Of a stretch of DNA of 63,964 bases, positions 1 through 7,669 are shown one piece after another; position 1 is the first letter of the stretch, and every line of letters starts with the position of its first letter. Source of the DNA: Bacteroidota bacterium. GTDB taxonomy: Bacteria > Bacteroidota > Bacteroidia > AKYH767-A > OLB10. Below the pieces are notes generated by a model. It worked only from the letters and a program-made list of their open reading frames with translations, searched no databases and was not told the DNA's origin. The DNA is taken from the NCBI GenBank assembly GCA_031421935.1, contig JANOPQ010000171.1, positions 1-63,964 of the forward strand, in the 5' to 3' direction. Both the position numbers and the translations under genes were made by a program.

Positions 1-361
1 GTACACGTTGATGTCCATCCTCGTAATGTAAAAATCGAATAATCTCATTTTCAGGAACGTCTACTTCATTAACATTTTTAAAATTAATATGAACACCGAA
101 AACAGATTCAAGGCCTGGAAAAAAGGGTCGCGCTAATTCTTTCTTAGGTCCGAAAATAGGTTTATGAATTTGTTTTAAATAATCAATTAAATACTTTCTT
201 TGCTTTTGTGGCCCAATAACTCCAATATTAATTTGCCCCTTGATTTTATCTCTTAAAAATGGGCCAAACAAGGTGAGTCCATCTCGGGGGTCAGAAGATT
301 TTTGTCCAAAACCAAAAGTCAGATTAGGCTCTTCAATAAAGATTAACTCAGGGTCTTTCAT
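1..361 (-). CDS. short prokaryotic Argonaute (SPARTA pAgo subunit), first 120 codons only; the gene runs off the left edge
   Basis: Absent from the ORF track because it is open to the edge. Hand translation from ATG 361..359 gives MKDPELIFIEEPNLTFGFGQKSSDPRDGLTLFGPFLRDKIKGQINIGVIGPQKQRKYLIDYLKQIHKPIFGPKKELARPFFPGLESVFGVHINFKNVNEVDVPENEIIRFLHYEDGHQRV, with no stop down to position 1. As I recall, short pAgo proteins partnered with TIR-APAZ open with IEEP..F..GQK..DPRDGL.LFGP. The ATG overlaps the TGA of the upstream gene (ATGA at 358..361). Confidence 0.7.
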   Translation of the reverse strand, partial: MKDPELIFIEEPNLTFGFGQKSSDPRDGLTLFGPFLRDKIKGQINIGVIGPQKQRKYLIDYLKQIHKPIFGPKKELARPFFPGLESVFGVHINFKNVNEVDVPENEIIRFLHYEDGHQRV

Positions 362-1785
362 ATTATTTTCTCTTCAATTACAATTTCATCATCCAACTTT
401 TCTTCAACTTCTTCCTCTTCTTCTTCAATAAAAATTTCCTGACGAGTTGAGTCATCAGGATCATAATACCCAACTTCTGACCAGAATAATTCGACATTAT
501 TTTTCATCTTTATCACTGAGGCTTGAGCAATACTTATTTCTATTAACTCATTTTCATTTTTTAAACTATTGATGAATCCAATCAACAAGTCCCGCCATTC
601 TTCATTGAACATTCTCTTGCCTTTTTTTCTCCTATGTGAATGGACAACATCTTTATCTTCCCACGCGTTAAAGCCGTCTTTCGTAAAGACAATATGACTT
701 TTAACTGAAAAACCTAAAATCGGCTCCAATATTGGTCGCACAGATATCGCAAAATGCCATCGACCCAATGTCAAATATTTTCCAAATAGATTCTTTTTTT
801 TGGGTCTTTTAGCTGAGGAAAACGGATAAAAAAAGGAAACTTTTGTATTAGGTAGGCTCTGAAAAGTGTGGTAGTAAGCGATCGATTTATTTGCCAATTC
901 ATACCAGTACAAATGTTTCTGCTTTAGAAAAATGTGAAACGCTCTTTTAAAAAGTTTCTTAAAATGATTTGATGCGTCCTTATGTGTAGGAAAGGACTGT
1001 TTGTCAAAACCCATCAACAGATCTGATGTATTTATTGTATAAATTTCTTCGGGCAGAACTTCTATGCTCACACTTTCTCTTACGACTATAAAATTTAACT
1101 TTCTCTCAAAGGATGAAATGCAATTTCCAATAAGCGATATCGGATAAGTTTGGTTCTGATCGAAAACCGTCTTAGCTTGAGTTTCATTCACGAAACGAGA
1201 AATGTAAAATGTTTCAGGAAAAGAATCTACTCCCCACCAATTCGTGTAAAAAAGTTCCTTCTTAGGGATAATGGGATTTTTAACTGCAAGATTACTTAAA
1301 TACCATTTAGAAAAATCAGTTTGTTTGTCATGCTGATTTGTTTTTATACCATCTTTATTTAGTTTATCAAATAACAATTCCAATCCTTTACCCCAATTGT
1401 CGGTGAAAGAAATTTTGTTAAGTCTATCCGCTCCAATAAATAGATTATGAGCTGAATGATCGATCTTGAGTAAAGTAATGAAGTCGGTTAGTTCGAAGTG
1501 TTGTTTTGCGATGCTCTCTGCAAGGCTAAACTCTTTATAAACTCCGTCCTTTAATTTACCCGCTTGACCATTCAGAAGTATTTTCTCACTATAGACAAGC
1601 AGAAATTTGACGGATTCATTCCTAATAACTAAATCTATTTTTTCCCAAAACTTTTCTCCACCCAATAATTCATTTTTGTCTATCCAAACTTTATAGCCCA
1701 TCAACTCCAAACGCGATGCGAGCCATATTGAAAATTCATTATCATCAGGTGTTGCATGGCTTATGAATATTGTATCTCTCATCAT
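358..1785 (-). CDS. TIR-APAZ protein (SPARTA NADase subunit)
   Basis: 475 aa. The N-terminus is TIR-like (TIFISHATPDDNEFSIWLASRLELMGYKVWIDKNELLGGEKFWEKI...FLLVYSE...GVYKEF). A ~330-aa C-terminal region has the size expected for APAZ. The tail is acidic (EEEEEEVEEKLDDE). It is translationally coupled to the pAgo fragment downstream. Confidence 0.75.
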   Translation of the reverse strand: MMRDTIFISHATPDDNEFSIWLASRLELMGYKVWIDKNELLGGEKFWEKIDLVIRNESVKFLLVYSEKILLNGQAGKLKDGVYKEFSLAESIAKQHFELTDFITLLKIDHSAHNLFIGADRLNKISFTDNWGKGLELLFDKLNKDGIKTNQHDKQTDFSKWYLSNLAVKNPIIPKKELFYTNWWGVDSFPETFYISRFVNETQAKTVFDQNQTYPISLIGNCISSFERKLNFIVVRESVSIEVLPEEIYTINTSDLLMGFDKQSFPTHKDASNHFKKLFKRAFHIFLKQKHLYWYELANKSIAYYHTFQSLPNTKVSFFYPFSSAKRPKKKNLFGKYLTLGRWHFAISVRPILEPILGFSVKSHIVFTKDGFNAWEDKDVVHSHRRKKGKRMFNEEWRDLLIGFINSLKNENELIEISIAQASVIKMKNNVELFWSEVGYYDPDDSTRQEIFIEEEEEEVEEKLDDEIVIEEKII

Positions 1786-1796
1786 TATAAACTATT

Positions 1797-2762
1797 TTAT
1801 CTAGGTCCCATGAACCTATCTCCATTGAAATGAATCATATGGTCAGGTGAATCAGCCAACCATACTTCCGTCTCCCAAGCAATTTTTTTTGAGTGTTTTT
1901 TAAACTCAGTGAAATCAGGAAATGCAGTCACATAAATTTTACCTGCTTTGCAATTCTTTAAAAATTCTTCGAGTTCAAGAACTCGTTTTGGTGAAACTGG
2001 ACCGTGAGAAGTAACCGCTTCGATTAAAAACAACCAGTTTTTTGCATGATCAAAAATAATAACATCGGGCAATTTACTATGTTGATTTATAGGAACTCCT
2101 AAAAAATTCAGCATTTCTTCGTCAACGTATAAATCCTTTTTGGCAGTATCACCTAAATATAAAACAGAACCACCATTTGCAAAACGAGCTGCAAAATTGT
2201 GAACTATTGCCGCTTGAACTTCATTATGTTTTCCAGAGGATAATTTTAAAGTTTTACCATTGCTGAGTTTAACTGGAATTAAAATTTGCTTTCTCTCTTT
2301 TTTGTATTTTTTTGATAAATCCCCTTCTTCAATTATGAATTTTTCAACTGCTTTTTTCCAATCTTTTGAACCAAAAGTTTTAATTGCATCTAATGCACCT
2401 TGAGTCAATGCATAATGTGCATTTGGGCTGTTTACAGGAAGTTTGGGATTATCAGGATTATAATCAATAATTCTCGCTTGAACAAATTGATGCAATACTT
2501 GTCGGCGAAAAGTTTCTCGAGAATTCGGTGCATATTCTTTTCCGTAAACATCAAATACAAAAGCCATAATTCCTTTTGAAACTTTCTGACTCGTTCTTGT
2601 TGCGTTTATCCATTTATCGCGTGGTTTGACACCACACAACGCTAAAAGCGTATATGCAGAAGTATCATTTTGCTGCTCTTTTGGCAGACCAAGTCCTTTC
2701 AAAATCTTTTTTGCTTCGTCAAGTTTACTCATACAGTGTTGTTGAGAGTTCAAATTGTTCAA
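1797..2762 (-). CDS. Type II restriction endonuclease, BsuBI/PstI-like family
   Basis: 321 aa, directly downstream of and overlapping the methyltransferase gene. The C-terminal segment LPDVIIFDHAKNWLFLIEAVTSHGPVSPKR matches my recollection of the BsuBI/PstI endonuclease C-terminal domain, and the size fits (PstI and BsuBI are ~320 aa). An alternative ATG at 2732 would remove the 38-nt overlap. Confidence 0.55.
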   Translation of the reverse strand: MNNLNSQQHCMSKLDEAKKILKGLGLPKEQQNDTSAYTLLALCGVKPRDKWINATRTSQKVSKGIMAFVFDVYGKEYAPNSRETFRRQVLHQFVQARIIDYNPDNPKLPVNSPNAHYALTQGALDAIKTFGSKDWKKAVEKFIIEEGDLSKKYKKERKQILIPVKLSNGKTLKLSSGKHNEVQAAIVHNFAARFANGGSVLYLGDTAKKDLYVDEEMLNFLGVPINQHSKLPDVIIFDHAKNWLFLIEAVTSHGPVSPKRVLELEEFLKNCKAGKIYVTAFPDFTEFKKHSKKIAWETEVWLADSPDHMIHFNGDRFMGPR

Positions 2763-4311
2763 TTACCAATTTATTTGCATTTTCTACTGTAAAATCATTT
2801 GAAAGAATTATGTTATTTCCGATTTCTTTTATAGTTTCAAGTTCAGGCAAAGGTATTTCTCTAAGTTCAGTGGCGCTTACATTTACATTTCCATTAAAAA
2901 TTCGGAAATACGAATCGAATAGTGTACTATTTAACAAAGCGCATAATCCAACGATTTCATTTCTATCCAAATGACCTTTGGGGCGATAAATATAATTTAG
3001 CTTATTCTCGACACCAATATATTCTGATTTAATAAAATTACAGAAATAAGGAGCAGCAATTAAACGACTCTTATCATCCTTAGTACTGAAGCGTCTAAGC
3101 AATATGTAATTTTTATTAGGAATCAGCATCGCTTTTGATTCATTTTCAATACTCACATATTGCCCCTTTTCTGGTTTTAATATTGGCCATTCAAGTATCA
3201 TTTGCCTTACATTATGTAACCAAAAAAGAGGAGCAAGGAATACAGTTCCGTTTACAAAGTTATTATGAATGTATTTCTTACATCTAAATGCTACAACAGG
3301 TCCAGTAGAAATTTGAATATTGTACTTATTCAAATTTCCATTCCAATTTTTAAAAATAGTTAATATTGATTCATCGAAATCACTTGTTGGTAGATAAAGA
3401 ATCTTTTCATTAGAGTAGAGATCAATCAATTCAATTTGCTCGAATATTTTTAATTGCGGTGTGAGAATATCCTTTAATCCTTGAGAAGACGATACAATAA
3501 CTTTGTGATTAGGATTATTCTTTGCCTTTCGTTTTCCTTTAATAATCACAGTTTCTTGCAATACTTTATCTCTGTTAAATGTGTCTTTGCGTGAAACGAA
3601 CAAATGAACATTATCAATTTCTATTAACTTAAAGAAATATTCACGGAACAATTTAAAATAACTTCCCGAAGCGTAACTACGTGGAGTTATAAAAATAAAT
3701 TCTCCGTTCTCTTTTAAAAGCTTTGCAGAAATAGCCATAAAAATTGCATAAATGTTAGGATGCCCATTTATAACACTTTTCGCTACAATAGAGCGTTTAT
3801 CATTGATTGGCAGTTTGAAATATGGCGGATTAGAAATAATAATGTCAAATTGTTCTGCTTTTTCTTTAAATAGATTTCCATTTTCTGAAAGACACATTGC
3901 ATTTTCTAATACAAAGTCATTAGTATCTATCAAATAATAAAAATCAATATTTTTTGATTTTAACCAACCCTTTAAATATTCAAGTGATTTTTTCGACAAA
4001 GGAACCAAATCCTTGTCAGTTTCATAAACAACCAATTCTATTGTTTTTAAAATCTTATATGATACAAGGTGTTCTACTAAGGCACAGGTCAATATTGCAG
4101 TTCCACATCCAGGGTCTAGAATACGCAATGAGGCTTGAGGAGCTTTTGCAAAAGATCCCATTAAAGTTGCAATCTCCATTGGAGTAAAAAACTGACCTTT
4201 TTCCTTTTTATGTTCCTGATTAACTAATGTAGAATAATAAATCCCTAACCTATCAGCAAAATGACTAGGCAACTCGTTCAGAATAAATTGTATAGATTTA
4301 TTATCTATCAT
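2725..4311 (-). CDS. N6-adenine DNA methyltransferase (gamma class, Eco57I/PstI-type)
   Basis: 528 aa. SAM-binding motif I is ILDPGCGTAIL and catalytic motif IV is IIISNPPYFK. A long C-terminal target-recognition region follows. Confidence 0.85.
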   Translation of the reverse strand: MIDNKSIQFILNELPSHFADRLGIYYSTLVNQEHKKEKGQFFTPMEIATLMGSFAKAPQASLRILDPGCGTAILTCALVEHLVSYKILKTIELVVYETDKDLVPLSKKSLEYLKGWLKSKNIDFYYLIDTNDFVLENAMCLSENGNLFKEKAEQFDIIISNPPYFKLPINDKRSIVAKSVINGHPNIYAIFMAISAKLLKENGEFIFITPRSYASGSYFKLFREYFFKLIEIDNVHLFVSRKDTFNRDKVLQETVIIKGKRKAKNNPNHKVIVSSSQGLKDILTPQLKIFEQIELIDLYSNEKILYLPTSDFDESILTIFKNWNGNLNKYNIQISTGPVVAFRCKKYIHNNFVNGTVFLAPLFWLHNVRQMILEWPILKPEKGQYVSIENESKAMLIPNKNYILLRRFSTKDDKSRLIAAPYFCNFIKSEYIGVENKLNYIYRPKGHLDRNEIVGLCALLNSTLFDSYFRIFNGNVNVSATELREIPLPELETIKEIGNNIILSNDFTVENANKLVIEQFELSTTLYE

Positions 4312-4609
4312 TTTTACTTTTGATTATAAAATTGATTTTCTTTTCTGCTACTTGCATTGCTTTTAACGCAACTTCTTCATCTCGAACCTCATAAACTAAT
4401 TTGTCACTGAAGAAAGAAATAAGCATCTCATTTTCATCTTTGCCAAAAAATTTAGCAAACCTTTTTACTTGGTCTTTTGTGGGCATTCTTTCATTTCGCT
4501 CAATTTTACTAAGCAAGGCTTGGTCTATTTCTATTTCTGCAGCAACTTGCCTGAGTAAAAGAGATTTCTCTTCCCTAAGTGTTCTAATTATTTCACCTAT
4601 GCTTTTCAA
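4301..4609 (-). CDS. XRE-family HTH protein, likely R-M controller (C) protein
   Basis: 102 aa with HTH segment LLRQVAAEIEIDQALLSKIERNERMPT. TTG start. It overlaps the methyltransferase start by 11 nt and is the first gene of the co-directional cluster. Confidence 0.65.
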   Translation of the reverse strand: MKSIGEIIRTLREEKSLLLRQVAAEIEIDQALLSKIERNERMPTKDQVKRFAKFFGKDENEMLISFFSDKLVYEVRDEEVALKAMQVAEKKINFIIKSKNDR

Positions 4610-4617
4610 TTTGTTAA

Positions 4618-4648
4618 TAATTGACTAGACAATTAATGTCCAAATGTA
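4618..4648 (-). promoter_or_regulatory. candidate promoter -7 box plus inverted repeat (possible C-box) upstream of the HTH gene
   Basis: On the minus strand, TACATTTG (4648..4641) fits the Bacteroidota -7 consensus TAnnTTTG. The inverted repeat TAATTG-N6-CAATTA (4618..4635) lies between that box and the TTG start at 4609. Confidence 0.4.
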
Positions 4649-4804
4649 TTAAAAAAAATTACTCTCCATGACAATAATTATTAACAATTTCTTGCGCTGA
4701 AAATGTCTGAAATATTCAACTTCACTTTTTTAATTGGAGGTATAGAAATTTAGATGTATTGACTAAAACCAATTAAATTCGGTAGATATTTTCATAACTC
4801 ATAT

Positions 4805-6007
4805 TCAAGACGCTTGTAAAGCTTTAATTCTCGCTTTAAGTTGCTTCAGAGTAAGAAATTTTCCGTCAAACTTAGTATGTAGCATTCGGTGGCAATTTGC
4901 ACAAACTAAAGCAAGGTCTTTCAATTTAGTTACTCTAATGCCTGGTTGTCCGATTGGACTTAAATGATGACACTCTATAAAATTGAATTGATATGTTTCT
5001 TGAAAAGAGAAAGTGCAAACTTCGCAGTATAAGGTATTACTTTTAATAGCTTGTTGCTTTTTCTCTTTAACAATTTTACGGTTTCTTTCCTTTACTAAAT
5101 GAGCAACAAGTCGCAACTCACCTTCGCTTACTGAAAGTTCAGGGTTTGTTATTTGAAGCTCATTAATAATTGCAGAAGTTGTTGTGGCTGACTGTTGCTC
5201 ACTTGGAACAAAATATTCTTCAAACTTTTGCCAAATGTCAAACTGCAATTCATCAATGTTACCAACATTAGAAATGTTTTCAATTTTGCAAACATTGCCT
5301 TGTGTAATACCCGAAAAGCTCAATCTATCCCACAATGTTTTTGAAACAGGAATAAAATTATCTCTATTTGTTTTTGCAATAATTTTAACTCGTCTGCCAT
5401 AGCGATAATTAACTCTGGTATCGTCTTCAATAAGTACGTTGTCAACTGGTGTAACTAAATGCGTAAAACCAGCAACACCATTTACTTTTTGGTAAACAAG
5501 AATTATTTCGTCAACTGCTGGGCTTAAAACATTGTTCTTATGTTTTGTCGGGACGTGAATAACAAAAGGGTTTTCAGTTAACTGTAAATATGCCTCTCCA
5601 ATTGTTTTGTTTGATACGTTCTTGAACCATACAATGTCTGTAGGTGTAAAGATTTTCTTGGTTTCTTCTTCGCTAAATTGTCGTACAAAAGGCCTTTCAT
5701 TTTCGTCTTTATAAATCTCCCAAATTCCGTGTTCAATAATGTTGTATTTTTCTATTTCACCTCTGTCAGTATTAAATAGAAGATCGTAAGGAGAGTTAGA
5801 ATTTGTCAATCTTGGTTTGTGATTTTCAGGATAATGAATTCTTGAATTGTGATTTACTGAAAGAACTATTATTTGTGCCGTAATTGTATCTTGATTAACA
5901 CCTGTCCATTTACCATTGATATATTCTTTGATTTCCGAATATGAAATTCGTCCTTTGAGATTGTTTACGGCTTCTTTAATCATTTGCCACACATAAGGTC
6001 TTTCCAT
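4805..6007 (-). CDS. multi-domain HNH endonuclease, candidate modification-dependent (Type IV-like) restriction enzyme
   Basis: 400 aa. The C-terminal HNH motif is CEVCTFSF...ECHHLSPI...LALVCANCHRMLH. The N-terminal ~90 aa look like a winged-helix module (VWQMIKEAVNNLKGRISYSEIKEYI). The beta-rich middle region (DEIILVYQKVNGVAGFTHLVTPV) could be PUA/EVE/SRA-like, but that is a guess. Confidence 0.55.
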   Translation of the reverse strand: MERPYVWQMIKEAVNNLKGRISYSEIKEYINGKWTGVNQDTITAQIIVLSVNHNSRIHYPENHKPRLTNSNSPYDLLFNTDRGEIEKYNIIEHGIWEIYKDENERPFVRQFSEEETKKIFTPTDIVWFKNVSNKTIGEAYLQLTENPFVIHVPTKHKNNVLSPAVDEIILVYQKVNGVAGFTHLVTPVDNVLIEDDTRVNYRYGRRVKIIAKTNRDNFIPVSKTLWDRLSFSGITQGNVCKIENISNVGNIDELQFDIWQKFEEYFVPSEQQSATTTSAIINELQITNPELSVSEGELRLVAHLVKERNRKIVKEKKQQAIKSNTLYCEVCTFSFQETYQFNFIECHHLSPIGQPGIRVTKLKDLALVCANCHRMLHTKFDGKFLTLKQLKARIKALQAS

Positions 6008-6235
6008 TCTTTAAACTGTTTAATATGTCTGTTGCGCTTCTTGAAATTTCTTCAACATAACATTGCCCCAACGGTAGCAAATAATTTGTATACATCCATA
6101 ACAACCGCAATTATGATCCACCCATCAATCTAACCAAGACAACAAAACTCTTGCGATAATCCTCATTTAATCTTCACTACTTTACGCGAAGATCCTAACT
6201 GCTAAGATTGCAACTATTTTCTTATGTAAGGGTTT

Positions 6236-6925
6236 TCATCTCCAAAAAAATATAGTTGCAAATAAGGCAATAAAGCTACCGATAAGCACTGTGAACATTA
6301 TTATTTTTAAAATGTTGTTCTTTAGTTTAAATTTTTCATCATCAATTATCTTTTGCTCTTCAGTTCTTCTATCTGTCTCTTGTTCGTTTTTGAGTTCTGC
6401 AAATGTTGGTTGTCCTTCAACTTTAAGTCGTCTTAAACAACCAACGTTTATGAGTGAGATTGAAGGAAGGATGAAAGCGTAAAAGCCCCAGCCAGTTGTG
6501 TTTCTATTTTGTCGTCCAGCGATACCTATAACCCAAATCGCAACAACAATTCTTACAAGTAACGCAACCAAAGCAAATTTTGCTTTTGAAGTAAAGAATG
6601 ATTGTTCGTTTTCATATGTGAAAGCACCATTCAGTTTTAAAAACAATGGAGTTAAAAGTAATACAATTCCTGCCATAATTACATCTGTCTCTTTTTCATA
6701 AGTCAAATCATAAATACTTTCAACTTTGATTTGTCTTTTGGGTGGAAGTGGCGGTGGAAGTTTGTTTAAATAGTCAGCTAAATGGGAAATCTCTTTTGCT
6801 TTTGTCCAATCTGAAAGTCCCTCATACCAAATAAGTGTCTCGCCATTGATTTGTAATGGTCGTAACTCGTCAATTGTTATTGGTCCAGATTGTTGTTCGT
6901 TATGTTCGTAATAAAATTCCCTCAT
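6236..6925 (-). CDS. GYF_2 (DUF4339) domain membrane protein
   Basis: 229 aa. N-terminal FYYEHNEQQSGPITIDELRPLQINGETLIWYEGLSDWTKAKEI fits the GYF_2 pattern, followed by a PPPLPPK linker. I see about three hydrophobic helices, a charged segment (ETDRRTEEQKIIDDEK) and a C-terminal TM helix. Confidence 0.6.
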   Translation of the reverse strand: MREFYYEHNEQQSGPITIDELRPLQINGETLIWYEGLSDWTKAKEISHLADYLNKLPPPLPPKRQIKVESIYDLTYEKETDVIMAGIVLLLTPLFLKLNGAFTYENEQSFFTSKAKFALVALLVRIVVAIWVIGIAGRQNRNTTGWGFYAFILPSISLINVGCLRRLKVEGQPTFAELKNEQETDRRTEEQKIIDDEKFKLKNNILKIIMFTVLIGSFIALFATIFFWR

Positions 6926-7106
6926 TAAGTCTTTCTGTTATTGTATTCATCTTAAAATTTGCAGTGTCGACATAAGTTCGCAGTTAACGTCCCGCTGGTT
7001 GCGAATAGCCACCCCCCTATTTAATTATAATAAAGTACATTAGGCCAGCCTTTCTCAATTCCGGATGTTAAGCGTAGACTTTATCTAACTTTTAGAATAA
7101 TAATTA

Positions 7107-7553
7107 TTACCATACAATTTTATACCTTGATAATAATTCATCTTTAAATGCTAAGCCTTTCCTAATTCTACTTTCCCATAATTGACATGCACCAACAGAT
7201 ATTGGATGTTGATCTTCTTCTTCAAAAGTAGAATAAACATTTCTTAGCAAAAATGGAAATTTATCTCTGTTAGCAATTAAAAAATCATGTGCTATATTTC
7301 CTAATCCTTTTCCTACTGGTTTAGTTTTAATTGTTTGTATGAAATAATCTCCAGATTTAAATTTTTCTTTGTAGTAAGCATTTGTAGAATATCGTGGATT
7401 ATTCAAATTCCACAATGGCATTAGTATAAGTTCAATTTGCTTTGTATTATTTACAAGATTAATGTAAATTTCTTGTGCAGACGAGTTTTCTCCATTTGAA
7501 ACCTCAAATTCATAAGTTTCAGTATAAGTAAAGGTATCGGTTTTCTTTTCCAA
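7107..7553 (-). CDS. hypothetical protein, 148 aa (weak GNAT-like motif)
   Basis: An isolated ORF in the AT-rich island. KPVGKGLGNIAHDFLI resembles the GNAT motif A (Q/R-x-x-G-x-G/A). I recognise nothing else. Confidence 0.45.
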   Translation of the reverse strand: MEKKTDTFTYTETYEFEVSNGENSSAQEIYINLVNNTKQIELILMPLWNLNNPRYSTNAYYKEKFKSGDYFIQTIKTKPVGKGLGNIAHDFLIANRDKFPFLLRNVYSTFEEEDQHPISVGACQLWESRIRKGLAFKDELLSRYKIVW

Positions 7554-7669
7554 ACAATTAAATTTTAGTATGAGTTAATTACTTTAGGTTTTAGCATAAA
7601 TTATTATATAGCCGAAACTAAACAATTTCGAGTAAATTTTGGCTAACTAACTATTTCACACACCACCCC

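Noticed and set aside
240-431. 63-aa plus-strand ORF spanning the TIR-APAZ/pAgo junction
   Set aside because: It is antisense to two well-supported, translationally coupled minus-strand genes. It has low-complexity sequence and no motif.
358-1785. The TIR protein considered as a Thoeris ThsB or a stand-alone TIR effector
   Set aside because: No ThsA-like (SIR2/SLOG) partner is present. The long C-terminal extension and the coupled pAgo-like ORF fit TIR-APAZ better.
6052-7007. Two related ~32-41-nt motifs (TCAACATAACATTGCCCCAACGGTAGCAAATA at 6052..6083 and TCGACATAAGTTCGCAGTTAACGTCCCGCTGGTTGCGAATA at 6967..7007) in the spacers between the island genes, considered as integron attC sites
   Set aside because: The ends do not fit the RYYYAAC / GTTRRRY core sites, and the internal pairing is short (TTCGCA/TGCGAA only). 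No integrase is visible. The similarity between the two is modest and could be chance.
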